IMG/VR virus record: IMGVR_UViG_2900588628_000001
Span: 1 to 64,000 of that record
Source of the DNA: a virus
Lineage: Duplodnaviria; Caudoviricetes
DNA: 64,000 nt
Direction: 5' to 3' (one strand)
Position numbers and translations under genes: made by a program. Shown here piece by piece: positions 29,195 to 38,986 of the stretch (positions are counted from its first letter, which is position 1; every line of letters starts with the position of its first letter). The notes below the pieces were generated by a model. That model was not told the origin of the DNA. It ran no database searches and saw only the letters and a program-made list of their open reading frames with translations.

Positions 29195-29398
29195 GTGGTA
29201 GATCGAAACAAGTCGCCGCTGTCCATTGTGAGGCGGCACAAAACAGTGCTGGCGGCAGCAAAAGCCGCGAGCACCGCAACGGTGATGCCGCGCGCCAAAG
29301 CGCCGGAACCGAAATTTCGTACCGTGCTCGCACCGGGCGCGAACTGGCCGGGCATGGCCCCGCGTATCGACATGCTGCTGACGGGAGGTAAAAAGTGA
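29195..29398 (+). CDS. Hypothetical protein
   Basis: AAGGAG RBS, coupled operon. Confidence 0.55.
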   Translation: MVDRNKSPLSIVRRHKTVLAAAKAASTATVMPRAKAPEPKFRTVLAPGANWPGMAPRIDMLLTGGKK

Positions 29399-29718
29399 GC
29401 GACACAGAAAACGGCTTGGTCCTGCTCGATGACAGCGAGTATTTCGTGCAGCACAACGTCAACTATCCGCCGACGGCGGGCAACGGCTTTTTGATGCGCC
29501 GCTGCGCGGTGTCGATGACGTCGCCGGAAGGTGCGGAGTGCGTTGGCGGCTATGACCTGACAGTCGATGGCAAGTGGCACGCGCAGATTCAGAAGCCGCT
29601 TGATCGCGAAACCGATACGGATTGCCGCGAGTTGGGCGCGTTCGAGAGCCGCAACGAAGCGCTTCACGCGCTCTGGACACACAGACACGAAGCGCTTACG
29701 CGCCATCCGCGTCACTAA
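29395..29718 (+). CDS. Hypothetical protein
   Basis: GGAGG RBS, GTGA overlap. Confidence 0.65.
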   Translation: MSDTENGLVLLDDSEYFVQHNVNYPPTAGNGFLMRRCAVSMTSPEGAECVGGYDLTVDGKWHAQIQKPLDRETDTDCRELGAFESRNEALHALWTHRHEALTRHPRH

Positions 29719-29763
29719 GATCACGTCCCGCCATCGCGCGGGATTTTTCGCATCGGAGCGAGC

Positions 29764-30012
29764 ATGGCAAAGATGACAAAAGCACAGATTGCCGACCGGC
29801 TCGAAAAGATCGCGCTCATGGTCACCCGGCTCGATGCCGACTTGAAAGCGCAGTTCGGCGAGGAAGCATCTGTATTTTTCGAGGCCGACGGCGGCATTCA
29901 CGCGATGGACGTCGACGATACGGCGGACAAGCGCGCGAACGTGAGTAGCCGACAGAAGCACATCATTGCATCGTGCAAAACATACAGCCGCCACGGCGTA
30001 GGAGCTTGGTGA
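29764..30012 (+). CDS. Hypothetical protein
   Basis: 82 aa, GGAG RBS. Confidence 0.6.
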   Translation: MAKMTKAQIADRLEKIALMVTRLDADLKAQFGEEASVFFEADGGIHAMDVDDTADKRANVSSRQKHIIASCKTYSRHGVGAW

Positions 30013-30377
30013 TGGATAAGCACTTTCAAAACATCGAGCGCGAGCTTAACCTCGCGATGGACGCGGTAGAGGCAGGCGAGGCCGACCGCGAGACGTTGCT
30101 CGAACGGCTCGAAATGCTGCTCAACAACGTGAAGGGCAAGCGCTTTGCAACCGGACATGCGCTGTTCGGCAAACAGTTCAAGCCGGGCGGCGAGCCCGCG
30201 AAAGAACCGGAGGGCGGCGAGCAGCCGCCGCGCGCGTTTGATCGCGGTGACCTCGTGCGCACGAAAGACGGGTATCTCGCTTACGTCGGCTACTACGATC
30301 AGCACGGCAAGGTAGTCGCGAACGTCGTGTATCAGGCGTGCGATTTCAAGGAAAGCGAACTGACGGCGGCCGAATAA
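30012..30377 (+). CDS. Hypothetical protein
   Basis: TGATG coupling; 121 aa. Confidence 0.6.
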   Translation: MDKHFQNIERELNLAMDAVEAGEADRETLLERLEMLLNNVKGKRFATGHALFGKQFKPGGEPAKEPEGGEQPPRAFDRGDLVRTKDGYLAYVGYYDQHGKVVANVVYQACDFKESELTAAE

Positions 30378-30610
30378 TGATTGAGGTATGGCTACAGGCG
30401 ACGTGCAACGGGTGCGGCTCGACGCACAATGCCGGTACGCCGAACACGTCGAAACCCGACTATCGGGAACTACTGAAAAGCGTGTACGGCTGGAAGCGCA
30501 TGCCGGGTGATTTAGACTACTGCCGCAACTGTGTGACGTCGGGACGGGCCGCAAAGCGGATCAATATTTTTGGAACGGATGCAGAGAACGATGATTCGCA
30601 AACTGATTAA
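30377..30610 (+). CDS. Small zinc-binding protein (CxxC...CxxC)
   Basis: TAATG coupling; CNGC and CRNC. Confidence 0.6.
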   Translation: MIEVWLQATCNGCGSTHNAGTPNTSKPDYRELLKSVYGWKRMPGDLDYCRNCVTSGRAAKRINIFGTDAENDDSQTD

Positions 30611-30815
30611 CGACAAGCCGATGACGCCGAAAGAGCGGCGCGCGAAGTCCAACGCGGACAAGGTCGCGCGCGGCGAGCGTCACCTGAATATGTGGCTCAG
30701 TCCTGAGGCGGCGCAATCGCTCGACCTCGCGACCGGGCCTGAGGCATCGCGCGGCGCGATTGCGCAGGCTGTCAATGAAGCCCTGATTGCGTATGCGCGG
30801 AGGAAGCGTGTTTGA
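30591..30815 (+). CDS. Putative ribbon-helix-helix DNA-binding protein
   Basis: MTPKERRAK...RHLNMWLSPEAAQSL...AVNEALI pattern. Confidence 0.5.
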   Translation: MIRKLINDKPMTPKERRAKSNADKVARGERHLNMWLSPEAAQSLDLATGPEASRGAIAQAVNEALIAYARRKRV

Positions 30816-31248
30816 CCCGTTCTTTAGCCCGTTCAAGCTGCCGCCGCACGTCGCGGCCAGTCTCGATCAGATAGCGATGAATGCGGCGTTCGGTACAGCC
30901 GCAACAACGGCCGCCGTCAATCCGTTGGCTGACAAGTCGCGTGAGGAAGTTCTGGCGGATATCAAGGGTATCAAAGCCATCATCGACAAGGCAGAAGAAG
31001 CCGAGCGCGACTATGAAGCGGCTTTCAATACGCTCATCATGGGCGCGTATAACATCGACCTCGCAAAGCGGTACGTGATGATCGTGCCGCCGACGTTCAA
31101 AATGGAACTGGTGCCGCCGCGCTACGTGCGCGAGGGCAAGGTGAAGCAATCGAGCATGGCTGATCGGGTCGTGTTCATCGCGGACCCGAATCACGCCATG
31201 CGGGAAATCTTTTCAGACAACGGTTTCACTCGCTTTCCCAAGGCGTAG
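30808..31248 (+). CDS. Hypothetical protein
   Basis: GGAGG RBS before GTG 30808. Confidence 0.55.
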   Translation: MFDPFFSPFKLPPHVAASLDQIAMNAAFGTAATTAAVNPLADKSREEVLADIKGIKAIIDKAEEAERDYEAAFNTLIMGAYNIDLAKRYVMIVPPTFKMELVPPRYVREGKVKQSSMADRVVFIADPNHAMREIFSDNGFTRFPKA

Positions 31249-31726
31249 TGTCCGACAGTTCATCGCGCGGCGCGAGAATCCATTTTTTCGAGTAGGGCGA
31301 GATTCCGACCGCGCTCACCATTCCCACCACCTCATACGCGATGACCACGCCGCCGCCAGGCATCGCCGCGATCAGGTCGTACTTTTTCACCTGAAAACCC
31401 GGTACGTCGATGGGCTCAACCAGTGCCTCAAGCAACTGGGTATCGGGCGCGAGCGCGTCGCCACGGTCGGTAAGATCGAGCGTGCCCTGAAACTGGCTCG
31501 TAATGAGCAGGCGGCCCTCGCCAAGCGGTTTGTATTCGAACGTCGGTTCGTCCTCAGGCGTGAGCACGCCAAGCCCGCCAATGGTCGGCAAACCGCCCTC
31601 AGTCGAGCCGTCATCGGCCACGCGATCAATGACCTTGCGATAAAGCGAGCAGTCCAGCGCATTCGGGTGTTTCAGCGCGACCGCGCGCGCCGCGTTCGTG
31701 ATCGCAACGGGTACGGAATTAATCAT
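31226..31726 (-). CDS. Head-tail joining / stopper-like protein (P1 gp7-like)
   Basis: 166 aa beta-rich, last gene of a late operon; VALKHPNALDC motif. Confidence 0.5.
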   Translation of the reverse strand: MINSVPVAITNAARAVALKHPNALDCSLYRKVIDRVADDGSTEGGLPTIGGLGVLTPEDEPTFEYKPLGEGRLLITSQFQGTLDLTDRGDALAPDTQLLEALVEPIDVPGFQVKKYDLIAAMPGGGVVIAYEVVGMVSAVGISPYSKKWILAPRDELSDTTPWESE

Positions 31727-32763
31727 TTCGCGTTCTTCATAATGTCGTTGAACTGTTCCTGCGTGATCGCGCCGAGCGCGAGCAGGGTGCGCGCGTTACG
31801 CTCGATCTTGCGGGCATTCGCCGACGGCTTTTTCGCTTCTTCTTTCGCCTTCTCGACGGCCGCCTTTTTCATCGACTCGCGCGCGCGGCGCGCCGCGTTG
31901 GCCGCCTGTTTTTGCGCCGTCGTCTTGAGGTTGGTGCTCGACTTGCGCTTGGCCTGCTGCTCTGCCGCGTGCGCGCGCACGTCAGCGGCCTTGGTGCGAT
32001 CCGCCTTTAGCTTCGTGCCATCGAGCGCGGCGCGGGCCTTGATGACCTGCTGCGCGATTTTGGCCTGCGTGTTCGCATCTTTCAGAATGACGTGCATCGT
32101 GCGCAGTACGTGCTTGCACGCGACGCCATGCAGTTTCGGGTTGCGGATCTTCGGATAGCCGGTTTCCGCGCGCCCATAGTTGTACTTGCCGATGGTCGCG
32201 ATGTAGCGGAACCAGAAGCGGTGACGGCCGCAATCGCAGTCGAACCTGAGCCGCCCCTGCGCAACCGCCTTGCCGATCTTTTTCGGGTCGTTCGCCGACG
32301 CGCCGACGGTCGCTTCGAAATCCATAAACTCGACGTGCACATGGTGCCGCGTGACGTTCGAATCCGGCCCGGCGTTCGTGATGAAATGCACGAGCGGGCC
32401 GCGCAGCGAGACGGGCACGGCAACGCGGATTTCAGTGTTCGCGCGTTGCTTGTCGGCATCTAGCGCGAGGTCGATCACACCTTGCGCGGTGATGCCGCCG
32501 ATGAACTTCTTTTTGAGGTTCGTGACGTTCGACTGGAACGCGCGCAGGTCTTTCTGTGTGATCGGGCGCAGCGCGCCGCGCAGCGACGTCTGCAGCAACC
32601 GGCCGCCGTCATACTCGCCCGATACCTCATTCGGGTTGAGGATGGTTGAGGCGGCTTGCCGCTGTTCGAGGTCAGCCTGCGCATTGCGTTGGGCTTCACC
32701 GCGCGCGGAGGGCAGGCGCGCGGTTGCCCGGTTAATCAAGCGCTGAATATGCTCGTTCTTCAT
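31723..32763 (-). CDS. P1 gp25-like tail protein with SWIM-type Zn motif
   Basis: FDCDCGRHRFWFRYIA...YPKIRNP.L.GVACKH. Confidence 0.65.
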   Translation of the reverse strand: MKNEHIQRLINRATARLPSARGEAQRNAQADLEQRQAASTILNPNEVSGEYDGGRLLQTSLRGALRPITQKDLRAFQSNVTNLKKKFIGGITAQGVIDLALDADKQRANTEIRVAVPVSLRGPLVHFITNAGPDSNVTRHHVHVEFMDFEATVGASANDPKKIGKAVAQGRLRFDCDCGRHRFWFRYIATIGKYNYGRAETGYPKIRNPKLHGVACKHVLRTMHVILKDANTQAKIAQQVIKARAALDGTKLKADRTKAADVRAHAAEQQAKRKSSTNLKTTAQKQAANAARRARESMKKAAVEKAKEEAKKPSANARKIERNARTLLALGAITQEQFNDIMKNAK

Positions 32764-33052
32764 CGTCAGTCAGATAGCCGGTTTGCCGCTTGATGGTCTG
32801 CAACTGCGTGAAGTTCGGCAGCACTAGCGCCTGTTCCGGCAGTTCCTGTTCGAGGGTATCGAGCCCGGCCGCCGCGAAAATGACCATGTATTGCGCACGG
32901 TCACCATAGACGCGGCGGGCGGTGAGCGTGATATCGAAACGCTCATCGGGCAGCGTCTGATACCGGATCGCGGTAGACCAGTCCGGCGTCTGTTCCGCGA
33001 ACTTGCGCACCGCCCGCACGAATGCAGCCGTCGAGACGGGCGTGATAGCCAT
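32732..33052 (-). CDS. Baseplate LysM-like protein (P1 gp26-like)
   Basis: YQTLPDERFDITLTARRVYGD; adjacent to the gp25-like gene. Confidence 0.6.
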   Translation of the reverse strand: MAITPVSTAAFVRAVRKFAEQTPDWSTAIRYQTLPDERFDITLTARRVYGDRAQYMVIFAAAGLDTLEQELPEQALVLPNFTQLQTIKRQTGYLTDDEERAYSALD

Positions 33053-33846
33053 TACGAGGCGGCCTTGCCGTCGGATGCTGCCGCGTTCTGTGCGGCCAAC
33101 TCAGCCGCCGCTTGCGCCTGCGGATCTTCGTCAGCCGAGAAAATGAGCCCGCGCTCTTTCGCCATCGCTGCCGCCGCCACGTCCATCGCAGCCTGAGTTT
33201 CGTCGCGCGTCTTTTGAGCGGCGTCCTGCCGGGCCTTTTCTTCTGCCGCGTCGTCGGCGACACCCTTGGCATAGACGGCCGCCTCATCGGGCTCATCCGG
33301 CCAGTCGCAGACATTCGGGAACTCAGGCGCGTGGATGATGGCCGTGCACTTCATCTGATAGTTCGCCCATGCCTGGAACACGGCGCGGTCACCGGGGCTC
33401 AGGACACCCGAAATGAGCGCATCGCCCTTGCCAAAGTTGGCGGCGCGAGCACGCTCCATGCGCACGTCAAATTCAGCCATCTTTGCCGCGCGCAGGCGGG
33501 CCGCCACAACGGTCGCATCAATGCCCCAGTCGTCGCCGTCGAACTTGTATTCATCCGACGGGCGCGGCTTGTCGGTAAGCCCGGCCTGTGCGGGCGTGAT
33601 GCCCGCCATAAGGATTTCAGCCGGGTCGCCGTTACTCTGCTGATAGAGCGGGATGGTTCGATAGTCCGGTTGCAGCACCCATGCGCCATCAACCCAAAAC
33701 GGCCACGTCAGGCGCGGGCGGTCGGGAATCGGAATCTCAGTGCAGAAAGCGGGCACGAGCCAGCGATTCGCGTTGAGCGGGTCCGGGTCGGCCAGGCGCG
33801 CCGTGACGAACTGGCCGGAATGCGGGTCGAACTGATAGAGCATCAT
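33052..33846 (-). CDS. Tail fiber assembly chaperone
   Basis: YQFDPHSGQF..LADPDP..WLVPAFCT..W...PDYR and WP.EP motifs. Confidence 0.85.
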   Translation of the reverse strand: MMLYQFDPHSGQFVTARLADPDPLNANRWLVPAFCTEIPIPDRPRLTWPFWVDGAWVLQPDYRTIPLYQQSNGDPAEILMAGITPAQAGLTDKPRPSDEYKFDGDDWGIDATVVAARLRAAKMAEFDVRMERARAANFGKGDALISGVLSPGDRAVFQAWANYQMKCTAIIHAPEFPNVCDWPDEPDEAAVYAKGVADDAAEEKARQDAAQKTRDETQAAMDVAAAAMAKERGLIFSADEDPQAQAAAELAAQNAAASDGKAAS

Positions 33847-33862
33847 GGTTATAGGTTCTCCG

Positions 33863-35422
33863 TTAGAAAGCGCGGATCATCGCCGTGAGGGCGACATTGC
33901 GCGGACGTGCTTCTGTGCCGCCGTCGTTGTTGACGGTAAGGACGTGGGTATGGCCGCCGCCAGCAGCGACAGCGATGTTGTGGGCGTGGTTGCCGTCGCC
34001 GTAGATGCCGATGTTGGCGTTCGATGCGCCGATCCAGATTCCAGTACCGGAACCGTAGACGTTCGCCTGCGTGCGGCTCGAACCGGAACCCGTCGAGACA
34101 GCCACACCGACACCGCCGTTATCGCCACCGGCCTGCGCCGAACCGTAGTTAGGCTGGCCGTGCGAGTGCCCCGGATCACCCACGCCGTGCGCGTGCCCGC
34201 CATCGGCGACGCCGTGACCGTGATAGCCCTGTACGTCAGTGGTTGCCGTGTGCGTGTGCGCCGCGACGGTGTCGGACGTCGCAACGTGCTTGTGTGCGAT
34301 GTTCTGCGAGGCCTGATACGTGCCAATCGCGCGCGACGTGTCGATACCGCGCGAGTCGTCATAGCAGCGGATGAACTCGCCGCGCAGTTCGGGAATGCGG
34401 AACGTTGCCGCGCCGTCGCCCGACGAGAAACAGCCCCACGAGCCCGCTGTCCAGTCCGACTCAGACACGAGTGCGCCGCTCGTTTGCGCATACGCCCACA
34501 GGGCGGGGTAGTCGGCGCGATTGAGCAGGGCACCGTTTGCCTTTAGATAGCCAGTGCGTGCCGTCGTGCGCGGCTCGAACGTGACCGTGCCAACGAGCGT
34601 ATTCGAGACGGTGCTTGCGACAAACTGGGTCGATGCTGCCTGAGCGGTTGCTGTCCCGACGGCGGCCGTCGGCACAGTCGGGATGCCGGTGAATGCCGGG
34701 CTTCCGAGGAAGGCAATGCCGCCCTTGTCCACGCCGTCCACCGTGACTTTCACGTTGCCGCTGCCGTCGGGTGCCGCGCCCATGTAAATCTTGTTTGCGC
34801 CCTGGCCGATACCGCCGCCTTGCTGGACCGTTTTGTAGCCGATGGCCGGTTCCTTGGTGCCAACGACTACCGCGAGCGCGGCAACGTCCGTATCGGTCGC
34901 ATATTGCGGGTGCGGGTCGGCTTTCGCCTCGTGCTGATTGATGAGCGCAGCCATGCCCTGCGGGTCCGTCGCGACGGTGACCGTCACACTGTCCTCAGGA
35001 CAGGCCGACGTATCGAGCGTGTACGCAAACGGGATATCGAAACTGGCCGACTTCACGAACAGCGCGGAGTCGCCGCGACTCCATACCGCCCCAAGCGTAA
35101 TGCCTGCGAAAAAGCCGATTTCGCCGATAGCCTTGCCGTTCGGGCTCTTGCCGTTCGGGGCGGTGTCGGTGATGGTCGTACCAATCTGGATCGACGTCGG
35201 CGAGACGTTCGAACCGCTCGAAATCGGATAGCGGGCGATTTCGCTTTTGAGCGCGACCATTGCGCGCGCGGCCTGATCGGCGGCGTCGCCCGTACCGCCA
35301 AGCGAGTAAAGGCCGGTGCCGATGGCGATGTGCGTCAGTTGGACCGCAAAGCCCGTCGCATCGTCGGTCGGCATGAGAGCCAAACCGGCAGAAGTGATTT
35401 TGGGGTTGAGAGATAGCGTCAC
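33863..35422 (-). CDS. Tail fiber protein with tail-collar domain
   Basis: ITSAG, ADPHPQY, GYLKANGALLNRADYPALW, FRIPELRGEFIR, HxH repeats, EARPRNVA. Confidence 0.9.
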   Translation of the reverse strand: MTLSLNPKITSAGLALMPTDDATGFAVQLTHIAIGTGLYSLGGTGDAADQAARAMVALKSEIARYPISSGSNVSPTSIQIGTTITDTAPNGKSPNGKAIGEIGFFAGITLGAVWSRGDSALFVKSASFDIPFAYTLDTSACPEDSVTVTVATDPQGMAALINQHEAKADPHPQYATDTDVAALAVVVGTKEPAIGYKTVQQGGGIGQGANKIYMGAAPDGSGNVKVTVDGVDKGGIAFLGSPAFTGIPTVPTAAVGTATAQAASTQFVASTVSNTLVGTVTFEPRTTARTGYLKANGALLNRADYPALWAYAQTSGALVSESDWTAGSWGCFSSGDGAATFRIPELRGEFIRCYDDSRGIDTSRAIGTYQASQNIAHKHVATSDTVAAHTHTATTDVQGYHGHGVADGGHAHGVGDPGHSHGQPNYGSAQAGGDNGGVGVAVSTGSGSSRTQANVYGSGTGIWIGASNANIGIYGDGNHAHNIAVAAGGGHTHVLTVNNDGGTEARPRNVALTAMIRAF

Positions 35423-35448
35423 AGGTGAGCCTCAGAATGGATGCTCTG

Positions 35449-35491
35449 ATTCTCAGGTCACCTATGCAGTGGACCGGCGCGGGTTTTCCTA
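35449..35491 (-). promoter_or_regulatory. Late promoter for the tail fiber operon
   Basis: TAGGAAAA (35491-35484), N29, GAGAAT. Confidence 0.75.
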
Positions 35492-35493
35492 CG

Positions 35494-35976
35494 CTAGATC
35501 GTGAAATACATCTCTGCCATTTCGTCGGCAAACTCCGACGTATCGGCAACCGACATGCTGCGGTTGGCCGCGTACATGAGCGCGAGCACGGCAATCTGCC
35601 CGTTGGTGATTTCCGGGTTTAGTTCATACCGTGTGCCCGTTGCCGCGACGCCGCGCACCTGCACCGCGCCACCCGGATTGAACCGTTGCACCGGCGAGAG
35701 CAGTTCGATCATGCCGGTAGAGTCGGCACGAAAGTACAGGTCGATGGCCGCCGCGATCATGCTTTCGTCAAAGAGCAGGTCACGCGCGGGCGCGCGCGGG
35801 TCGTTTGACGTCATCATTGCGCCAGGCTCGCGATGGCCTAGCGGCAGTTCCTGCGAGACGATCACGAGGCCGGTGCCGTCCGCCGCACCGGGATCACCGG
35901 CATCAACGGCCGCGAGCAGGTTGACGGCCTGCCCCTTGTAGCCGTTGATTTCCGCCTGGAGTGTAACGACGCTCAC
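35494..35976 (-). CDS. P1-like morphogenesis protein
   Basis: 160 aa, GTGA-coupled within a late operon. Confidence 0.55.
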   Translation of the reverse strand: MSVVTLQAEINGYKGQAVNLLAAVDAGDPGAADGTGLVIVSQELPLGHREPGAMMTSNDPRAPARDLLFDESMIAAAIDLYFRADSTGMIELLSPVQRFNPGGAVQVRGVAATGTRYELNPEITNGQIAVLALMYAANRSMSVADTSEFADEMAEMYFTI

Positions 35977-36812
35977 GAGGTCACCTCATCGTCATCATCG
36001 CCGACAACCGGGACGCGCCACGTCGGCGGCGTGTCGGTGCGCACCTCGCTGTAATTGCCGTCCACGTCCACGGCGTTATCAATCATCTTGCCTGCGCGCA
36101 TGTTGACCGCGGTGACTTCCGTGACCACCTTGTAGCCTGCCGGTGCCGCCTTGCCGTCGTTCGGCTCGCCCGCGCCCGGTGCCTGAAACACTGGGATGCT
36201 CGCGTGCAGCACGAAGTCCGCGACGTTCACGCGCAGGTTCTTTTGCACTTCCTGCGAGATTGCGCCAACGTTAATGTCTTCGAGCACGACGGGGAAAGGA
36301 AGGCTTTGCCCGGCGAACTGGTGCGCCATCTGGAAGCGCCGCCCCTGCGGGCCTTGCGTAAAGAGGTCGAACTGCAGCGCGAGACTGTGCGCCGAGTGCC
36401 GCTCAGACGCGATAAACGCGATCTGCGCGCGGTAGTCATTCGCGCTCAGGCGCATCTTGTAGGCGCGGTTCAGTTCGTCACCGGGCAGCATCACGTCCAC
36501 CGGCGACGCGACAGAGACGCCGTAGTCCACCATCGACGGCGTAAAGTCTTCGTCAATGCAGACGATGCACACCGGCAGCAATGAGGACAGGCCCGGCCCG
36601 CTCACGTTCTGATTCTTTCGCCACTCGTTGAGCACCTCATCAATCTTGTCGATCATCCGGCCGGGCGCATAGACGATGCTTTTCGAGAGCCCGCGCGCGA
36701 CGTACTCTTGCATTTGCGGCGTGTCGGCCACAAGGCCGCTGTAAAAGCGGCCGAGGTATTGGCCGAACGCCTGTTCGAGAGCAGAGAACAGGCTCAACGT
36801 TACGCCCCCCAC
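35973..36812 (-). CDS. Tail terminator-like protein (P1 gp24-like)
   Basis: 279 aa in late operon; LPVCIVC and RAQIAF patterns; exact start uncertain. Confidence 0.5.
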   Translation of the reverse strand: MGGVTLSLFSALEQAFGQYLGRFYSGLVADTPQMQEYVARGLSKSIVYAPGRMIDKIDEVLNEWRKNQNVSGPGLSSLLPVCIVCIDEDFTPSMVDYGVSVASPVDVMLPGDELNRAYKMRLSANDYRAQIAFIASERHSAHSLALQFDLFTQGPQGRRFQMAHQFAGQSLPFPVVLEDINVGAISQEVQKNLRVNVADFVLHASIPVFQAPGAGEPNDGKAAPAGYKVVTEVTAVNMRAGKMIDNAVDVDGNYSEVRTDTPPTWRVPVVGDDDDEVTS

Positions 36813-37663
36813 GCGCGGCGCGCGAGCGAGCGGGCCGGGCTTTCCGTTGCAGCGGCTTCCTGCTCATCGGGCAGCGCTTCCAGTTCAACGAGCGTGCCGG
36901 TACTGAACGAGCGGGCGCGGGCGCGAAATTCTGCCGTCGCGCTCGAACTGACAGACAACGGCGCGACGAAGCCGCCCGTACTATCGAGCAGCGTCGTACC
37001 GTTGCCGGGCACGCGCGAGGCGATGGACATGAGTTCCGCGTTTTCTTCCTGCAGGCGTTCAATCGTCTGCATCATGAGCGCGCTATCCGCCTGCATCGAG
37101 TCGAACAGCGTGCGCATCATGGCGTTGGACAGTTGCCATTCCTGCACGACGGAATCGAGGAAAGTCTGGTCATCGAATGCCGCGCTATCGAACATGTAGC
37201 CGCGATTGGTCGTGTAGTTCGGCTCGAACACGTAATCGAAGCCCGCGAAAATGTCCGGCACCGACGGGCTCAGGCGCGGCAGCGTGTGAATCGCCGACGA
37301 GAACCCGCCTTGCTTGCTCGAAAAGAGCCGTTCGGCAATCGAGCCCGAATCGGTGTCGAGAAATTCCGCCTCGTGCGTGATGTTGCCCTTGTCGTCGCAT
37401 TCGAGGTGCGTGGTGACGAAAGCAGGCTCGATGTTGACCATGCGGCCGTCAAACACAACGGATTCAGGCGGCGTGAGGCCAAAGCGCGCGCGAATCCAGT
37501 GCCCGTAAAAGCCGGTGAGGTCGCGGTTGCGTACCTTTTCCTGCACCTCGCGGCCATTCACGAGCGCGGAGAGCGCGGGCAGGTTGAACTCCCGATCTTT
37601 GCCGGTGAAGTTGCGGCCCCGGTCGTGCACGTTGTAAGTGATCTTTCCCGTTTTGGTTCCCAT
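36800..37663 (-). CDS. Prohead (head-processing) protease, P1 Pro-like
   Basis: Start MGTKTG at 37663; GFYGHWIR, HEAEFLDT, GGFSSAI, GFDYVFEPNY. Confidence 0.75.
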   Translation of the reverse strand: MGTKTGKITYNVHDRGRNFTGKDREFNLPALSALVNGREVQEKVRNRDLTGFYGHWIRARFGLTPPESVVFDGRMVNIEPAFVTTHLECDDKGNITHEAEFLDTDSGSIAERLFSSKQGGFSSAIHTLPRLSPSVPDIFAGFDYVFEPNYTTNRGYMFDSAAFDDQTFLDSVVQEWQLSNAMMRTLFDSMQADSALMMQTIERLQEENAELMSIASRVPGNGTTLLDSTGGFVAPLSVSSSATAEFRARARSFSTGTLVELEALPDEQEAAATESPARSLARRAWGA

Positions 37664-37674
37664 GCTTTCCCCCA

Positions 37675-38985
37675 TTAACTCAATGTGCCGATGCACAGCA
37701 CCGGCATGACACCCATTGCACCGTTTGCCACGGCAAGCCCGCCCGTTACCCCGATACCCTCGAACACAGTGGACAATTGCAGTTCGAGCATGAGGCGCGC
37801 CGCCAGCACGGAACGGAACGCCTTGGCGACTTCGAGCAGCCCCAAGCCGTTGTCACTCGTGACGGGCCGCGTGACGCGCACGCGGCTCGTGCGAAAGTGC
37901 GTGATAGGCGTCGCTGGCGTTTCACCGTCGGCGAACGTTGCAACGCCGTTCGCATCAACGGTGTAGTCCGTGACGGTTGCGGTTGCCCCTACGGGCGTCT
38001 CGATCAGCGGCGTCAGTTCGCCCGCTTCAAGCTGCGCGCCCCACAAATAGAACGAATCCCCCGCCGCGCCGGTGTCGGAGGTCGGATCAACGGTGAATTT
38101 CGCGCCGCCGATGGCCGTCGCGGGAAAGGTCGTGCTGATCGCAATACGATGCCAGCCGACAGAGTCATCAAGCGTGATGGTCTGAAAGGCAAACTCGACG
38201 TCTGTACTGTCGCGCAGCCGCAAGGTGTAGTTGCCCGGCATCGCAGCGGCATACACGTAGGCCGAACCAGTGAATAGCCTGCCCGCCGCTGCAACGTCAG
38301 ATTCAATCTGCGCCGCCCAGTCGTTTCCGACGGCGGTACGCGACACCTTCGCGGCCGTCTGTGTGCCATCCGGCGCGACCGTCGCATTGGAGGTGACGGT
38401 TGCGTTAGAAAGCGTCCATCCCGCGCCGTTGTTCGCGAGGTTGGAATTTTTGATGAGGTTCGTGCGTGCCGTCGGATAAAGCTGGCTTTCGCCGCGCCAG
38501 TCCGTCCGGTAGATCGTCGGCAGACCGTCCTCGCTGTTCGGGTCATACACCGCCTGCACGGACGGGCTCAGGTCGATCACGCTGCGCGGCGTGACGTCGG
38601 CCGGGTATTGGTCCGCCGTCGCAATCGGATGCCAAAGCGGCTCGACCTTCCATACATTCGGCCAGGTCGCCTGCAGATACTGTTTGAGAAAGATCATGCC
38701 CCGGCGCGGGTTGCGCGCGAGGGCCGCTTTCATGAGAAACGAGGTCCGCGTGTCATCGCGGCGGATGATCGGCAGGCCGTTGAGCTTGAGCACGCGCTCC
38801 ATCAATTCGGTATCGCCGAGGTGCGGCATACCGTAGAGGTTCAACTGGCGTTCGCGCGGCCGGATGAGCGCGTTGTAGACGGACGTGAAAATCGCTTTCA
38901 GGTCCGATTCCAGTTGATCGTATTCCGCGCTGTTCGCAAGCGGTTGCAGCGCGGGCGCGTCGATGGGGATGAGGTTCGCCGCCAC
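37675..38985 (-). CDS. Baseplate wedge protein with an inserted carbohydrate-binding-like domain
   Basis: RNPRRGMIFLKQYLQ wedge motif; internal RTNLIKNS..W..APDGT..WGAQLEAG jelly-roll. Confidence 0.6.
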   Translation of the reverse strand: MAANLIPIDAPALQPLANSAEYDQLESDLKAIFTSVYNALIRPRERQLNLYGMPHLGDTELMERVLKLNGLPIIRRDDTRTSFLMKAALARNPRRGMIFLKQYLQATWPNVWKVEPLWHPIATADQYPADVTPRSVIDLSPSVQAVYDPNSEDGLPTIYRTDWRGESQLYPTARTNLIKNSNLANNGAGWTLSNATVTSNATVAPDGTQTAAKVSRTAVGNDWAAQIESDVAAAGRLFTGSAYVYAAAMPGNYTLRLRDSTDVEFAFQTITLDDSVGWHRIAISTTFPATAIGGAKFTVDPTSDTGAAGDSFYLWGAQLEAGELTPLIETPVGATATVTDYTVDANGVATFADGETPATPITHFRTSRVRVTRPVTSDNGLGLLEVAKAFRSVLAARLMLELQLSTVFEGIGVTGGLAVANGAMGVMPVLCIGTLS

Positions 38986-38986
38986 G

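Noticed and set aside
33052-35422. P1-type invertible tail fiber (cin/cix) system
   Set aside because: Only one fiber and chaperone pair; no invertase or inverted alternate cassette nearby.
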